From positions 104,568,216 to 104,601,784 of the forward strand of contig NC_068986.1 of the NCBI RefSeq assembly GCF_001194135.2: a stretch of 33,569 bases of DNA, given 5' to 3'. This DNA is from Octopus bimaculoides. Lineage: Eukaryota. The notes beneath the pieces are model-generated. The model did no database searches, was not told the DNA's origin, and saw only the letters and a program-made list of their open reading frames with translations. The position numbers and the translations under genes are program-made. Within the stretch, counting starts at the first letter, position 1. Each line of letters starts with the position of its first letter. Shown here piece after piece: positions 1 to 10,540 of this stretch.

Positions 1-52
<52 letters not shown>
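1..52. repeat. (TA)n microsatellite
   Basis: Direct read of tatata at the window start. Confidence 0.95.
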
Positions 53-109
53 CATTTGTGGGTATATCCATGCGTGTCCATACACACACACAACATTGTG
101 TGTGTGTGT

Positions 110-400
110 GAACGGAATTCGTTTAACTTGAAGCGGGAGTTAATACCACCACCTGATAAGATTATCTAAATCCTTCTTAAGTCAAGTTTTGTGGCATCAT
201 GGTCCATTCAAGTAGAGAGTTCTTGTGGAGCGAGTTGTATCCAGGTATAGGTGGCTTATCTGGTATTCCTTGAAGAAATCTGTCCAGATTCGATTTAAAG
301 GTGATGGGATCCTTTTCCTCTTTGATCAGTTTTGGGACAATGTTAAACATGGCAGGGCCTGTTCATGAAAAAGAAATTGTGTCGCAGTGTACCTGTATGT
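110..400 (-). mobile_element. 3' end of a CR1-group (L2/Crack-like) LINE, degenerate ORF2 C-terminus
   Basis: Minus strand with one frameshift reads HTGTLRHNFFF/GPAMFNIVPKLIKEEKDPITFKSNLDRFLQGIPDKPPIPGYNSLHKNSLLEW...* (stop at 177-179). This matches the recalled GPxxFNxxP...FKxxLDxFL...PDxP..GY...NSL C-terminus of CR1-group ORF2. A short 3' UTR runs into (CA)n; the 5' side is cut by the N-gap at 401. Confidence 0.7.
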
Positions 401-410
401 NNNNNNNNNN

Positions 411-468
<58 letters not shown>

Positions 469-585
469 GAAGAAGAAGAAGAAGAAGAAGAAGGAAGTGG
501 AGGAGAAGGCGGAGAAGGAGCAAATACGATGATGGTGGTGATGATGATGATCGTCATCATCATGATCATGACAATTATGATGATA
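411..585. repeat. Compound trinucleotide microsatellite (AAT)n-(AAG)n-(GAT/CAT)n
   Basis: Direct read; explains the poly-I/R/D/H pseudo-ORFs in the track. Confidence 0.95.
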
Positions 586-1500
586 ACAAAAACAGCAAGT
601 TTCACAGAGGGCATTTCTTACAATTAAAAGAGGGGTGGGGGGGGGATGCAATTAAGAAAGGACATAAAACAAATTTCTATTATTTAAGTTTTTTTCTTAA
701 TTGTTTCAGTCTGGTGGTGTTAAATTTATTTGCGGTGTCATCTTAAGGAATGCACACAGGCTCGTAAATACGCACACACACAAACACACACCTATATGCA
801 CGCGCACACACACATAAACCCACACACAATCATAAAATAAGCACCCACAGAGACTCACACAGGAACATATTTATATATATATNNNNNNNNNNNNNNNNNN
901 NNNNNNNNNNNNNNNNNNNNNNNNNNNNNNNNNNNNNNNNNNNNNNNNNNNNNNNNNNNNNNNNNNNNNNNNNNNNNNNNNNNNNNNNNNNNNNNNNNNN
1001 NNNNNNNNNNNNNNNNNNNNNNNNNNNNNNNNNNNNNNNNNNNNNNNNNNNNNNNNNNNNNNNNNNNNNNNNNNNNNNNNNNNNNNNNNNNNNNNNNNNN
1101 NNNNNNNNNNNNNNNNNNNNNNNNNNNNNNNNNNNNNNNNNNNNNNNNNNNNNNNNNNNNNNNNNNNNNNNNNNNNNNNNNNNNNNNNNNNNNNNNNNNN
1201 NNNNNNNNNNNNNNNNNNNNNNNNNNNNNNNNNNNNNNNNNNNNNNNNNNNNNNNNNNNNNNNNNNNNNNNNNNNNNNNNNNNNNNNNNNNNNNNNNNNN
1301 NNNNNNNNNNNNNNNNNNNNNNNNNNNNNNNNNNNNNNNNNNNNNNNNNNNNNNNNNNNNNNNNNNNNNNNNNNNNNNNNNNNNNNNNNNNNNNNNNNNN
1401 NNNNNNNNNNNNNNNNNNNNNNNNNNNNNNNNNNNNNNNNNNNNNNNNNNNNNNNNNNNNNNNNNNNNNNNNNNNNNNNNNNNNNNNNNNNNNNNNNNNN

Positions 1501-1551
<51 letters not shown>

Positions 1552-2224
1552 TTAATACAGACACATAAATAATTTATTATTTATTATTTATTAAAAATAT
1601 AATAAAATAAATTATTTATGCATGTTTATTAAGCTATGAATCAATTGTTGTTAAATATGAGTATCTAGTAGTAGAATAAACTTTATCATAGTAAATTTCT
1701 CTCTTTATCTATAATTCTATACACTCCCGTTGCTTTTCTTTTGGATTATGTTATATTTTCAATGGGATTTGCAAAATTATTTATTAAGGTGCATTTTTTC
1801 AAGAGTACTGCTAGATTAATTGAAATCATATATTCTGACTCAAATTATACGCACACACACACGTACTTATATATATACACATGCATAGACGTACATGTTT
1901 ATTTTTATGTTGTCAAGATATGTATGAAAACAATAGAGTCTAACATTTGAATTAAAGGATGAATCCATAATTTGATAGAGTATATTTTTATAGGCCTTTT
2001 CGAAAGAAAACTGGCTGTGACGTCTACGATTCAACTTCCCTCTATATGCATCCGTACATACATACAAACATACAAAGATGCATTGATGCTTATATATATA
2101 TATGGATATTTGACTAAACATCAAAGCGAATTTCACCTCATCCCACTTCTCCCTTCCTTCTCCTCTTCGTCCTCCTTATCGTCATCATCATCATCATCAT
2201 CGTCAGCTCCTACACTTTACTGTC

Positions 2225-2475
2225 TCAGGTCCTTAGGACTTATAGGGCCGGGTACTTGGTTCCCACGGCGTATAAGTGACTGAGATCCTCACCCTCCCGC
2301 TCCCCTGAATGGGACGTCCATCTGTCGCTGGGTTACTCAATTACAGCTGCGTAGACTAGGGCATCGTGATAGGAAATGTTTTGCTTAAGGTCATATCGAA
2401 CCGGCCGGCCCAAGATCCGAAACCAGGATCTTGCGATCAATTGTGTAGCACACTAACGCCTATATCATGCACCTA
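2225..2475 (-). mobile_element. Old, degenerate tRNA-derived SINE
   Basis: Minus strand has a tRNA-like head (ggcgttagtgtgcta...cctggtttcggatc), a CORE-like gaccttaagcaaaacattt motif and a gatggacgtcccattcagggg segment resembling the tail of the SINE at 21765-22084. Confidence 0.45.
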
Positions 2476-2929
2476 CACAACTTTTCATTTCCCAGCATCT
2501 TTTTAATGGCAAAATGAAGTGACAGATTCGATAACAAGACAACCAACTGATAGAAACTTTTGAATGTTAGACACAATACCTTGTGGTATTATTTCCAGTT
2601 CCCTGCTCCCTGATTTGCCTCTCCTGTTTTCACACTCGTCTCACAAGCTAACATCCGGTATTCGTGTCAAATCCACGTTAAGATAACCAAAATCATGCTA
2701 TAAGTCACAGCGGCACTTTTTACGATCCCATCCGAGTGTTAAGACCCTAAGGAAAGAAAAAGCAGCGTCAGGCGTGATACGGTGTATTCGAATTTTAATA
2801 AAAATACGAGAGGGTTATGGTTGGAACGGTTTTGATGAAAAACTTAAATGCTGAAAATAAACGCGAGACTAATTGATGACACTTTACGTATATATATTTA
2901 TAGAAAACGAAAAATATACGGGCACAGGC

Positions 2930-3250
2930 TTTCTTCCGGATACTTCCGGATACAGTCACACTGTGTGCTGCGCGGAGCCTACGTGGCACCTCCGTGACAC
3001 CTGCATGACACCTGCGTGAAACTTGTGTGGCACCTGCGTAGCAACTTGGGCAAGTGTCTTTTACTATAGTCTCGGGTCGAACAAAGCCTTATAAGTAGAT
3101 TTAGTAGCGGGAAACTAAAAGAAGCCCTGTATATATATGTGTATTTTTGCTTGTCTCGCTCCACCAGTTGACAACAAAACTAATTACTAATCTCGATTCA
3201 TTCAAGGTTGTAGCATGGCCGTAGTCTTACAGCTGATACTAGCAGAAAGT
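2930..3250 (+). mobile_element. SINE family B (CORE-like), degenerate copy
   Basis: acttgggcaagtgtcttttactatagtctcgggtcgaacaaagcctt...gaaactaaaagaagccc matches the reverse complement of the copies at 7940-8357 and 25202-25807. Confidence 0.75.
2978..3043. repeat. 11-bp minisatellite, 6 units (consensus cctgcgtggca), inside a SINE B head
   Basis: Units read cctacgtggca/cctccgtgaca/cctgcatgaca/cctgcgtgaaa/cttgtgtggca/cctgcgtagca. Confidence 0.9.
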
Positions 3251-3348
3251 ATGGATGTTTAAAACCAATATGGCAACATCCTTAACCTACGTCGATTTCC
3301 AGGACAATGCTTTTTATAAAATATTTAAAAAACTAATGCAATATATGA

Positions 3349-3690
3349 ATTTATCACCTCTGCTTTACGGCAGAGGTATTGTTTTCAGTTGTGTTTGTTT
3401 GCTTGTTTCTCAAGAACCGCTGGATGGATCTAGATGAAACTTTCAGAGATGTTTGACCTCGTGACTGGCACGAACTGATTAGATTTTGCGATCGATCCGG
3501 TTCCCGACAAGGATTCTAGATTATTTTCTGCTTTTTTTTTTTTTACTTAATTTATTGAGAGCGGTTGGGTTCATTTTTAGTATTCTCGTTTGTGAGAGCA
3601 ATCGACATTTTAAAATGTATCTCTGTCTAATCGTCGAAGGGACGTTAGTGTCGCCTTGACGAAGTTTTGCGCTCTCTGGGTGCTCATGTT
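3349..3690 (+). mobile_element. Probable non-autonomous Helentron-associated element (HINE/DINE-1-like)
   Basis: T-rich start, 5' hairpin acctctgc-tttacg-gcagaggt (3356-3377), short (GTTT)n tract, degenerate 3' sub-TIR gacgaagtt (3658-3666) and terminal stem-loop gcgctc-tct-gggtgc (3669-3683) ending in TT. This layout is recalled from HINE/DINE-1 elements. Confidence 0.65.
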
Positions 3691-3738
3691 CATCTTAAAA
3701 TATAATTAAAAGATTTATCATACGAAGATGAAATATAC

Positions 3739-3900
3739 ATTACGATATAATAATGGGTCGTTATTCCAGCAACGAGGTTGAATAGTTGAAATTACTTCCA
3801 GTTTAATTACAAAGCAGTAATTTTAAGGTGAATTGATAGATCCAGGTAGAATGCATTCGTACGAGAGATCAACCCACGAAAAAATTGCGGTAAAATTTGA
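3739..3900 (-). mobile_element. Old SINE-A-related repeat, similar to 5273-5475
   Basis: 3739-3844 aligns by eye to 5273-5378 (attacgatataata...aattttaaggtgaa.tgat.g.tcca). Confidence 0.55.
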
Positions 3901-4204
3901 TACAAATCAGATGATATAGGGAAGAAAGAGCAGATATATTATTTATTCAGACAAAACTGTGTGAGGCACAGCTCGTTTCTATTATTGGTACAAAGCACCA
4001 AAGTAACAATACAACGTGGGATATAAATAAATAAACTTATATAGATATTGACACACATTTAAATTTGCTAAGTAGATCTGCAACGAGATTCTCGGCAGCT
4101 TGTGATGAAATCGAAAGAACAAATTTAATTCATTATAGCTCATTGTGATTATCTTATCACACCTTATCAAAATGCCGCGATTAATGCTAAGGTAAGTATA
4201 TATA

Positions 4205-4314
4205 CAAAGGGTGGACCAAAAGTCACAGTCGGTGCAAAAGCTGAAACCACCGGATTATGCCCCCAAGATTGCAATACGCTGTGAGATATCGTAATTTCTG
4301 GTTCAACCTATGCA
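4205..4314. mobile_element. Possible degraded Tc1/mariner-type MITE
   Basis: Left end ta-caaagggtggaccaaaagtcac and right end gtaatttctggttcaacctatgca-ta form an imperfect inverted repeat of about 26 bp with TA flanks. Confidence 0.3.
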
Positions 4315-4381
4315 TATGAATGCAGCTGTATATATAATTGTCCCACGATGTTATTATAGTCGCTGTTATTATACCCGTAAA

Positions 4382-4772
4382 GCGGCGAGCTGGCAGATAA
4401 GGCAGCGAGCTGGCAGAAACTTTAGCATGCCAGGCAAACTCAGAGCATAAAGACAAACGAAATATCTATTTCTTTATAGCCCACAAGGGGCTAAGCATAG
4501 AGGGAACAAACAAGAACAGACAAACGGATTAAGTCGATTACATCGACCCCAGTGCGTAACTGGTACTTAATTTATCGACACCGAAAGGATGAAAGGCAAA
4601 GTCGACCTCGGCGGAATTTGAACTCAGAACGTAGCGGCAGACGAAATACCGCTAAGCATTTCACCCGGCGTGCTAACGTTTCTTATTTCTTTATTGCCCA
4701 CAAGGGGCTAAACATAGAGGGGACAAACAAGGACGGAGAAAGGGATTAAGTCGATTATATTGACCCCAGTGC
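4382..4772 (-). mobile_element. Tandem head-to-tail SINE family A units running into an N-gap, preceded by a plus-strand duplicated head fragment
   Basis: Units of about 217 bp at 4464-4680 and 4681-4772+ share tcttatttctttat.gcccacaagggg...ggattaagtcgatta.at.gaccccagtgc. 4382-4437 is a plus-strand head with ggcgagctggcaga present twice. Confidence 0.85.
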
Positions 4773-5053
4773 NNNNNNNNNNNNNNNNNNNNNNNNNNNN
4801 NNNNNNNNNNNNNNNNNNNNNNNNNNNNNNNNNNNNNNNNNNNNNNNNNNNNNNNNNNNNNNNNNNNNNNNNNNNNNNNNNNNNNNNNNNNNNNNNNNNN
4901 NNNNNNNNNNNNNNNNNNNNNNNNNNNNNNNNNNNNNNNNNNNNNNNNNNNNNNNNNNNNNNNNAAAAAGCTAATGTAATACACGAATTTGTGCATCTTA
5001 AAATATCATAAAAAGTTCTATCATTTCAAGATACACTATTGATTACGATATAA

Positions 5054-5271
5054 GGCGGCGAGCTGGCAGAAACGTTAGCGCGCCGGGCGAAATGCTTAGC
5101 GGTAGTTCATATAACTTTACTTTCTGAGTTCAAATTTCACCGAGATCGACCTTACCTTTCATCCTTTCGGAGTCGATAAAATAAATACCAGTTGCGTACT
5201 GGAGTCGATTTAATCGACTGGCTCCCTCCCCCAAAATTTCGGGCCTTGTGGCTTGAGTAGAAAAGTATACC
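5054..5271 (+). mobile_element. SINE family A (tRNA head plus Meta-domain-like core), full length with 13-bp TSD
   Basis: Head ggcggcgagctggcagaaacgttagc, B-box-like gagttcaaatt, core gaccttacctttcatcctttcggagtcgataaaataaataccag. TSD gattacgatataa at 5041-5053 and 5272-5284. Confidence 0.9.
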
Positions 5272-5284
5272 GATTACGATATAA

Positions 5285-5475
5285 TATTAGGTCGATATTC
5301 GAATAACGAGGATGAATAGGTGCTACCGATTCTAGTTTAGTCACAAGGCAGAAATTTTAAGGTGAAGTGATGGGTCCATGTAAACGACTTGACTCGTCCT
5401 TTATATTATCGATTCGCAAAAGGCAAAGATAACCTGAGGCGAAAATTGAACTCAGAACCTAAAATTCCGGCATAA
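5285..5475 (-). mobile_element. Older degenerate SINE-A-related copy
   Basis: cacaaggcagaaatttt tail and aaaaggcaaagataacctgaggcgaaaattgaactcagaac resemble the reverse complement of family A. Confidence 0.6.
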
Positions 5476-5834
5476 ATACAAGGCGGTCTTCTTCTCCTTT
5501 ACTCTAATGTTTCTGCCAATGCACCACATTATAGTTTTTTATTCTAATAATTAACAAAACTTGGAATTTGAGTGAAGTTAGGTGATGCCATCCAGCCCTC
5601 TTCTCGGTTCTGAGGAGATAAAAGGCAAATTTGACTACGACAAGATTTGAACTGAGAGTGTAAAAAAAGAAACCTAAATGAACCTCGCCAGACATCTTTG
5701 ATTGTCTTACAAAATCAGCTAAAATTCAAGCAAGACATTATCACATATCATAAATAGACTTTATTCCAGTCGAATGAAAACTCCAGCCGCTTCTCTCCCA
5801 GACACCGTGGTATCAAGCAATAAATTTCTCTGAT

Positions 5835-6198
5835 TATCGAAATCCGAAGGGTTTCTGCATTAAATTTACCCGACAGGGTGCATAGCTGGGAGATCAGCGA
5901 ATCTCTGCAGATCCAGTTGCTACTTTTCCGTATTGAGAGGTCTCAGGTCTTGGTATTACGGGTATGTGGTTAGAATGGCGCAGGAAGAAATTGCAAGACG
6001 TATTCTTCAAACGGGTCCAACAGCCAGGAGCCCTAGGGGTAGATCAAGGACAAACAGTTTGGATAATATCCATGTTCTCAATTTGTCACGTTTGGTAATA
6101 CAGACAGAAATTCGAATGATTTATACTTCTGATAGAACCCAACAAAGGAGACCAGATGACCCGATCAAAATAGAGGGTGGAGAAAATTGATGGATGAC
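5835..6198 (+). mobile_element. 3' end of an RTE-clade LINE (Expander-like)
   Basis: With one frameshift it translates RRVSALNLPDRVHSWEISESLQIQLLLFRIERSQV/WYYGYVVRMAQEEIARRILQTGPTARSPRGRSRTNSLDNI. This fits the RTE C-terminal pattern RIERSQLRWxGHVxRM...GRRPRGRPRxRWxD. It ends in a tgatggatga tail. Confidence 0.85.
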
Positions 6199-6589
6199 AA
6201 AGATCCGCTAAACATTTTTAAAAAGCCACATCGTGAGTTCTTCACCAAAATCACTCCAACTCAACGAAAACTCCAACCGCTTCTCCATTCGGACACCATG
6301 ACACTCCGCATCAATTAATTATGCAAAAACACACACCTATAATAGTTAAAGCTAATCGACTGGTAATCGTCTTGAGGAATCGCCATGTACTGATGTGTCT
6401 GGAAATAAAGATGAAATGAGAAAGACTTTTAGTTCCTGACATAAACAAACATCGAGATATGAAAGAGTTGTAATACTCTTACAGGTGTACTATCGTTCTA
6501 AGAATCTCTGGAGCTTTTTTTCTGCTAATTCGATTCCGTTTACAGTGCGAACAAATATGGTAAATTGTCATATATACATACACACATAC

Positions 6590-6598
6590 ACATACACA

Positions 6599-6648
<50 letters not shown>
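6590..6648. repeat. (CA)n microsatellite bordering an N-gap
   Basis: Direct read. Confidence 0.95.
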
Positions 6649-7093
6649 NNNNNNNNNNNNNNNNNNNNNNNNNNNNNNNNNNNNNNNNNNNNNNNNNNNN
6701 NNNNNNNNNNNNNNNNNNNNNNNNNNNNNNNNNNNNNNNNNNNNNNNNNNNNNNNNNNNNNNNNNNNNNNNNNNNNNNNNNNNNNNNNNNNNNNNNNNNN
6801 NNNNNNNNNNNNNNNNNNNNNNNNNNNNNNNNNNNNNNNNNNNNNNNNNNNNNNNNNNNNNNNNNNNNNNNNNNNNNNNNNNNNNNNNNNNNNNNNNNNN
6901 NNNNNNNNNNNNNNNNNNNNNNNNNNNNNNNNNNNNNNNNNNNNNNNNNNNNNNNNNNNNNNNNNNNNNNNNNNNNNNNNNNNNNNNNNNNNNNNNNNNN
7001 NNNNNNNNNNNNNNNNNNNNNNNNNNNNNNNNNNNNNNNNNNNNNNNNNNNNNNNNNNNNNNNNNNNNNNNNNNNNNNNNNNNNNNNNNNNNN

Positions 7094-7147
<54 letters not shown>

Positions 7148-7720
7148 CACGTATATTAACATTCTCTCTCTCTCTTTCACACACACACATACAGACATGT
7201 GTATATATATATATACACATATGCATACCTAAACGTACAAACGCTTGTGTATATATGTGTGTATATATTAGAAACATATGAGACACTTACAACTATATAG
7301 TTATATACTCGCATAATTATATGTATGCATGCACACAAACTAACACGCCCACACACACACACACGAGCACGCACAAAAATACACACACGCACACACAGAC
7401 ACACGCGCACATAGATAAATAGATAAGCGTGAAGATATCAATATAACTCTATTTTTTGTTAATTTCCCACCAAGGGATTTTAGCCTTATTATATCTATGG
7501 CTTACCTCATATGGAGGGGAAACAATGTATAGAATATATATACTGAGCGGGAGGAAGTGAGCGAGAGAGTGGGGGATAGAAAGAGGTCTGTGTGACAGAG
7601 AAAGAGAGAGAGAGAGAGGGGGAGAGCGGACGAGATAGAGAATGAGGAAGTGAGCCCGGAAAGTGAAACTAAATCAAATGCAAGCACGTTGCACTGATGT
7701 AGCAATATGTAAGTGCCTTA

Positions 7721-7937
7721 AAGCGGCATACTGGTAGGTGTGTTTGCACTCCGAGTAAAATGCTTAGTAGCATTTCGTCCGTTTTAACGTTCTGAGTTCA
7801 AATTCCGCCGAGGCCGTTTCCGCCTTTCATCGTTTCGGGGTCGATAAATTAAGTACCAGTTCGTACTGGGGTTGATATAATCGACTGGCCCCTTCACCCA
7901 AAATTTCGGGCTGTGTGCCAAACTTTGAAACCAATAC
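7721..7937 (+). mobile_element. SINE family A, diverged copy
   Basis: aaatgcttag...gttctgagttcaaattccgccgagg...cctttcatcgtttcggggtcgataaattaagtaccagtt...caaaatttcgggc. Confidence 0.85.
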
Positions 7938-7939
7938 AC

Positions 7940-8158
7940 TTTTTACTCTTTTACTCTTTTACTTGTTTCAGTCATTTGACTGTGGCCATGCTGGAGCATC
8001 GCCTTTAGGCGAGCAAATCGACCCCAGGGCTTATTCTTTGTAAGCGTAGTACTTATTTTATCGGTCTCTTTTGCCGAATCGATAAGTTACGGGGACGTAA
8101 ACACACCAGCATCGGTTGTCAAGCGATGTTGGGGGAACAAAGACAGACACACAAACAT

Positions 8159-8194
<36 letters not shown>

Positions 8195-8357
8195 AACGGG
8201 CTTCTTTCAGTTTCCGTCTACCAAATCCACTCACAAGGCTTTGGTCGGCCCGAGGCTATAGTAGAAGACACTTTCCCAAAGTGCCACGCAGTGGGACTGA
8301 ACCCAGAACCATGTGGTTGGTAAGCAAGCTACTTACCACACAGCCACTCTTGCGCCA
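7940..8357 (-). mobile_element. SINE family B, full length with internal (TA)/(CA) microsatellite
   Basis: Minus-strand head ggcgcaagagtggctgtgtgg (A-box-like), ggttcagtccc (B-box-like), CORE-like cactttgggaaagtgtc and 3' (gtaaaaga)n tail. Near-identical to 25202-25807. Confidence 0.9.
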
Positions 8358-9568
8358 ATATATAAGTAATTTAACTCGTTTATTCTTTTAATGCTTTCAG
8401 ACATTTATTTACGGTCATAGTGGAACGCCATCTTCAGCTAGGGTGATTTTGTTCATTCTGGCATTATTTCACCCCTCACCATGTGTCATTCTGCTGTTTG
8501 TGGGACATATAGACGCATAAGTTTAATCAATATTTAATCTTTAATCTCTAGCTTGACTCGAATTTAATCTTTAGCCTGAATCAAATACAAACACAGATAT
8601 CTTCAAACATAAACGTATACTGAAAACCACACGCACACACACACACATACATATAAACACACTTGTACACAAACTTCCTTTGAAGCTTTCATTTTCTTTC
8701 TGTTGACACTATTACTGTTCACATCCGTCTAAATCCTCCAAAAGAAGAAATATACAAATCTGATTGATACTTTAGGCAGCTCATCGCTCCGAATCCTTCT
8801 ATTGCGTTATTCCAAAGGTACAAATATCTGGAGGACTACATTTCCTCGTGTATTATACACCTCAATACTTTTAAATACTCTTGCTCTATATGGTGTAGGT
8901 CTGCCTTCAAGACCAACATCAGCTTCATAGCGTTTAATACCAAAGTGCTTATTTTGGACGCGTTCCAAACATGGCGATCCGGTCTTTACAAAAATATGTC
9001 CTTCTGTTGNNNNNNNNNNTATATAAAATGATTAAAATCAGAATAAGCAACAAGAATATCCAAAGTGCTTACATGATACATACACACATAAATATATACA
9101 TATATAATACATACTACATATATACATATATACATACATACATATATACATACATATATACATACGTGTATATATAGACCCATATACAAATTTAACAAAT
9201 GCAGAGATGTACCCATCTTGATAACTGAGCTATACCTCAATAGGAACCCTACATTAGACTAGGATTACAACTGAACTGTATAGAGATGCGGATTTCAATA
9301 TTGTGAAAGTTCTAGAAATATGAACTGATAACTGGTTTGAAAATTAGATGGATTGCAGTCTGCCAATAATTCGCTAAACTTTATTGTTCAGTAGAACCGG
9401 TGAATGACGATTGGTGGAAACGCATTGCTATATTTTTGCTAATCATAAAATGAAGATCTGCAGAAGACATATTTGAGGTTGAAAATTTGTGCAGATTGCA
9501 AAAGCTAAGAAGATAAGCTAATAAAAAAGAAATAGTATCGCCGAAAGTTTTAATTACACATCAACCTG

Positions 9569-9651
<83 letters not shown>

Positions 9652-9890
9652 GGTGGTTTTGGTGTTGTTGTTGTTGTTGGTGGTGGTTTTGGTGGTGGTG
9701 GTGGTGGTGGTGGTAGTAGTNNNNNNNNNNNNNNNNNNNNNNNNNNNNNNNNNNNNNNNNNNNNNNNNNNNNNNNNNNNNNNNNNNNNNNNNNNNNNNNN
9801 NNNNNNNNNNNNNNNNNNNNNNNNNNNNNNNNNNNNNNNNNNNNNNNNNNNNNNNNNNNNNNNNNNNNNNNNNNNNNNNNNNNNNACCTG

Positions 9891-9964
<74 letters not shown>

Positions 9965-9975
9965 TGTAGTAATAG
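9569..9975. repeat. (GTA)n/(GGT)n/(GTT)n microsatellite spanning an N-gap
   Basis: Direct read. Confidence 0.9.
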
Positions 9976-10261
9976 GAGGAGGAGAGGAGGAGGATTAATC
10001 GCAAAGATACTGAAAAGAACAATTTGTACATACTGACTGGTGTGCGTTGCAGAGGTGTGAAAAAGAGCAAGTTGTCGTATGTGAGCAGCCATTGAATAGC
10101 TTTCGTCATCTTCAGAATAAACGTTATATTGTGGGAACACGAATCACTTGCCGCCGGTTCCAAGCGTATTGCGATAATATGATTAATATGGAGGATATAC
10201 ATGAACAATATGGAAGATATACGATATCAACTACAGAGAAATAATCATTAATTATTATAAG

Positions 10262-10429
10262 TGTTATACGGATAATAGTAATAATGGAACACCCCGCCCA
10301 CGTGATGAATGGTATGTGATACTCATTACAACTAATGTGACTGAGGTAGTAGACGTGTCTTACTTGTCTAACTAACTGTACTGCTATACCGGAGAGGACG
10401 TTAGAACAGTCCGACAGAGGATTACAACA
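10262..10429 (+). mobile_element. Putative 5' LTR of a Gypsy element
   Basis: Starts tgttat and ends acaaca (TG...CA), immediately before the PBS. The left boundary is inferred because no second LTR is available for comparison. Confidence 0.55.
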
Positions 10430-10430
10430 G

Positions 10431-10442
10431 TGGCAACGAGGA
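10431..10442 (+). promoter_or_regulatory. Primer binding site, tRNA-Ser(GCT)-complementary
   Basis: tggcaacgagga differs by one base from TGGCGACGAGGA, the complement of the recalled tRNA-Ser(GCT) 3' end (...TCCTCGTCGCCA). It lies 1 nt after the LTR end. Confidence 0.65.
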
Positions 10443-10540
10443 ATTAACAAACTCATGAGGATTAACCAAACTGACAAGGAGTTACGAAACTCACCAAAGG
10501 ATTTTCGTGCGAATTTTACTATATAGAAAATCTTAAAATC

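Noticed and set aside
4464-4772. Regularly spaced repeats resembling a CRISPR array (also 13943-14582)
   Set aside because: Units are about 215-bp SINE monomers with no unique spacers, in eukaryotic DNA with no cas genes.
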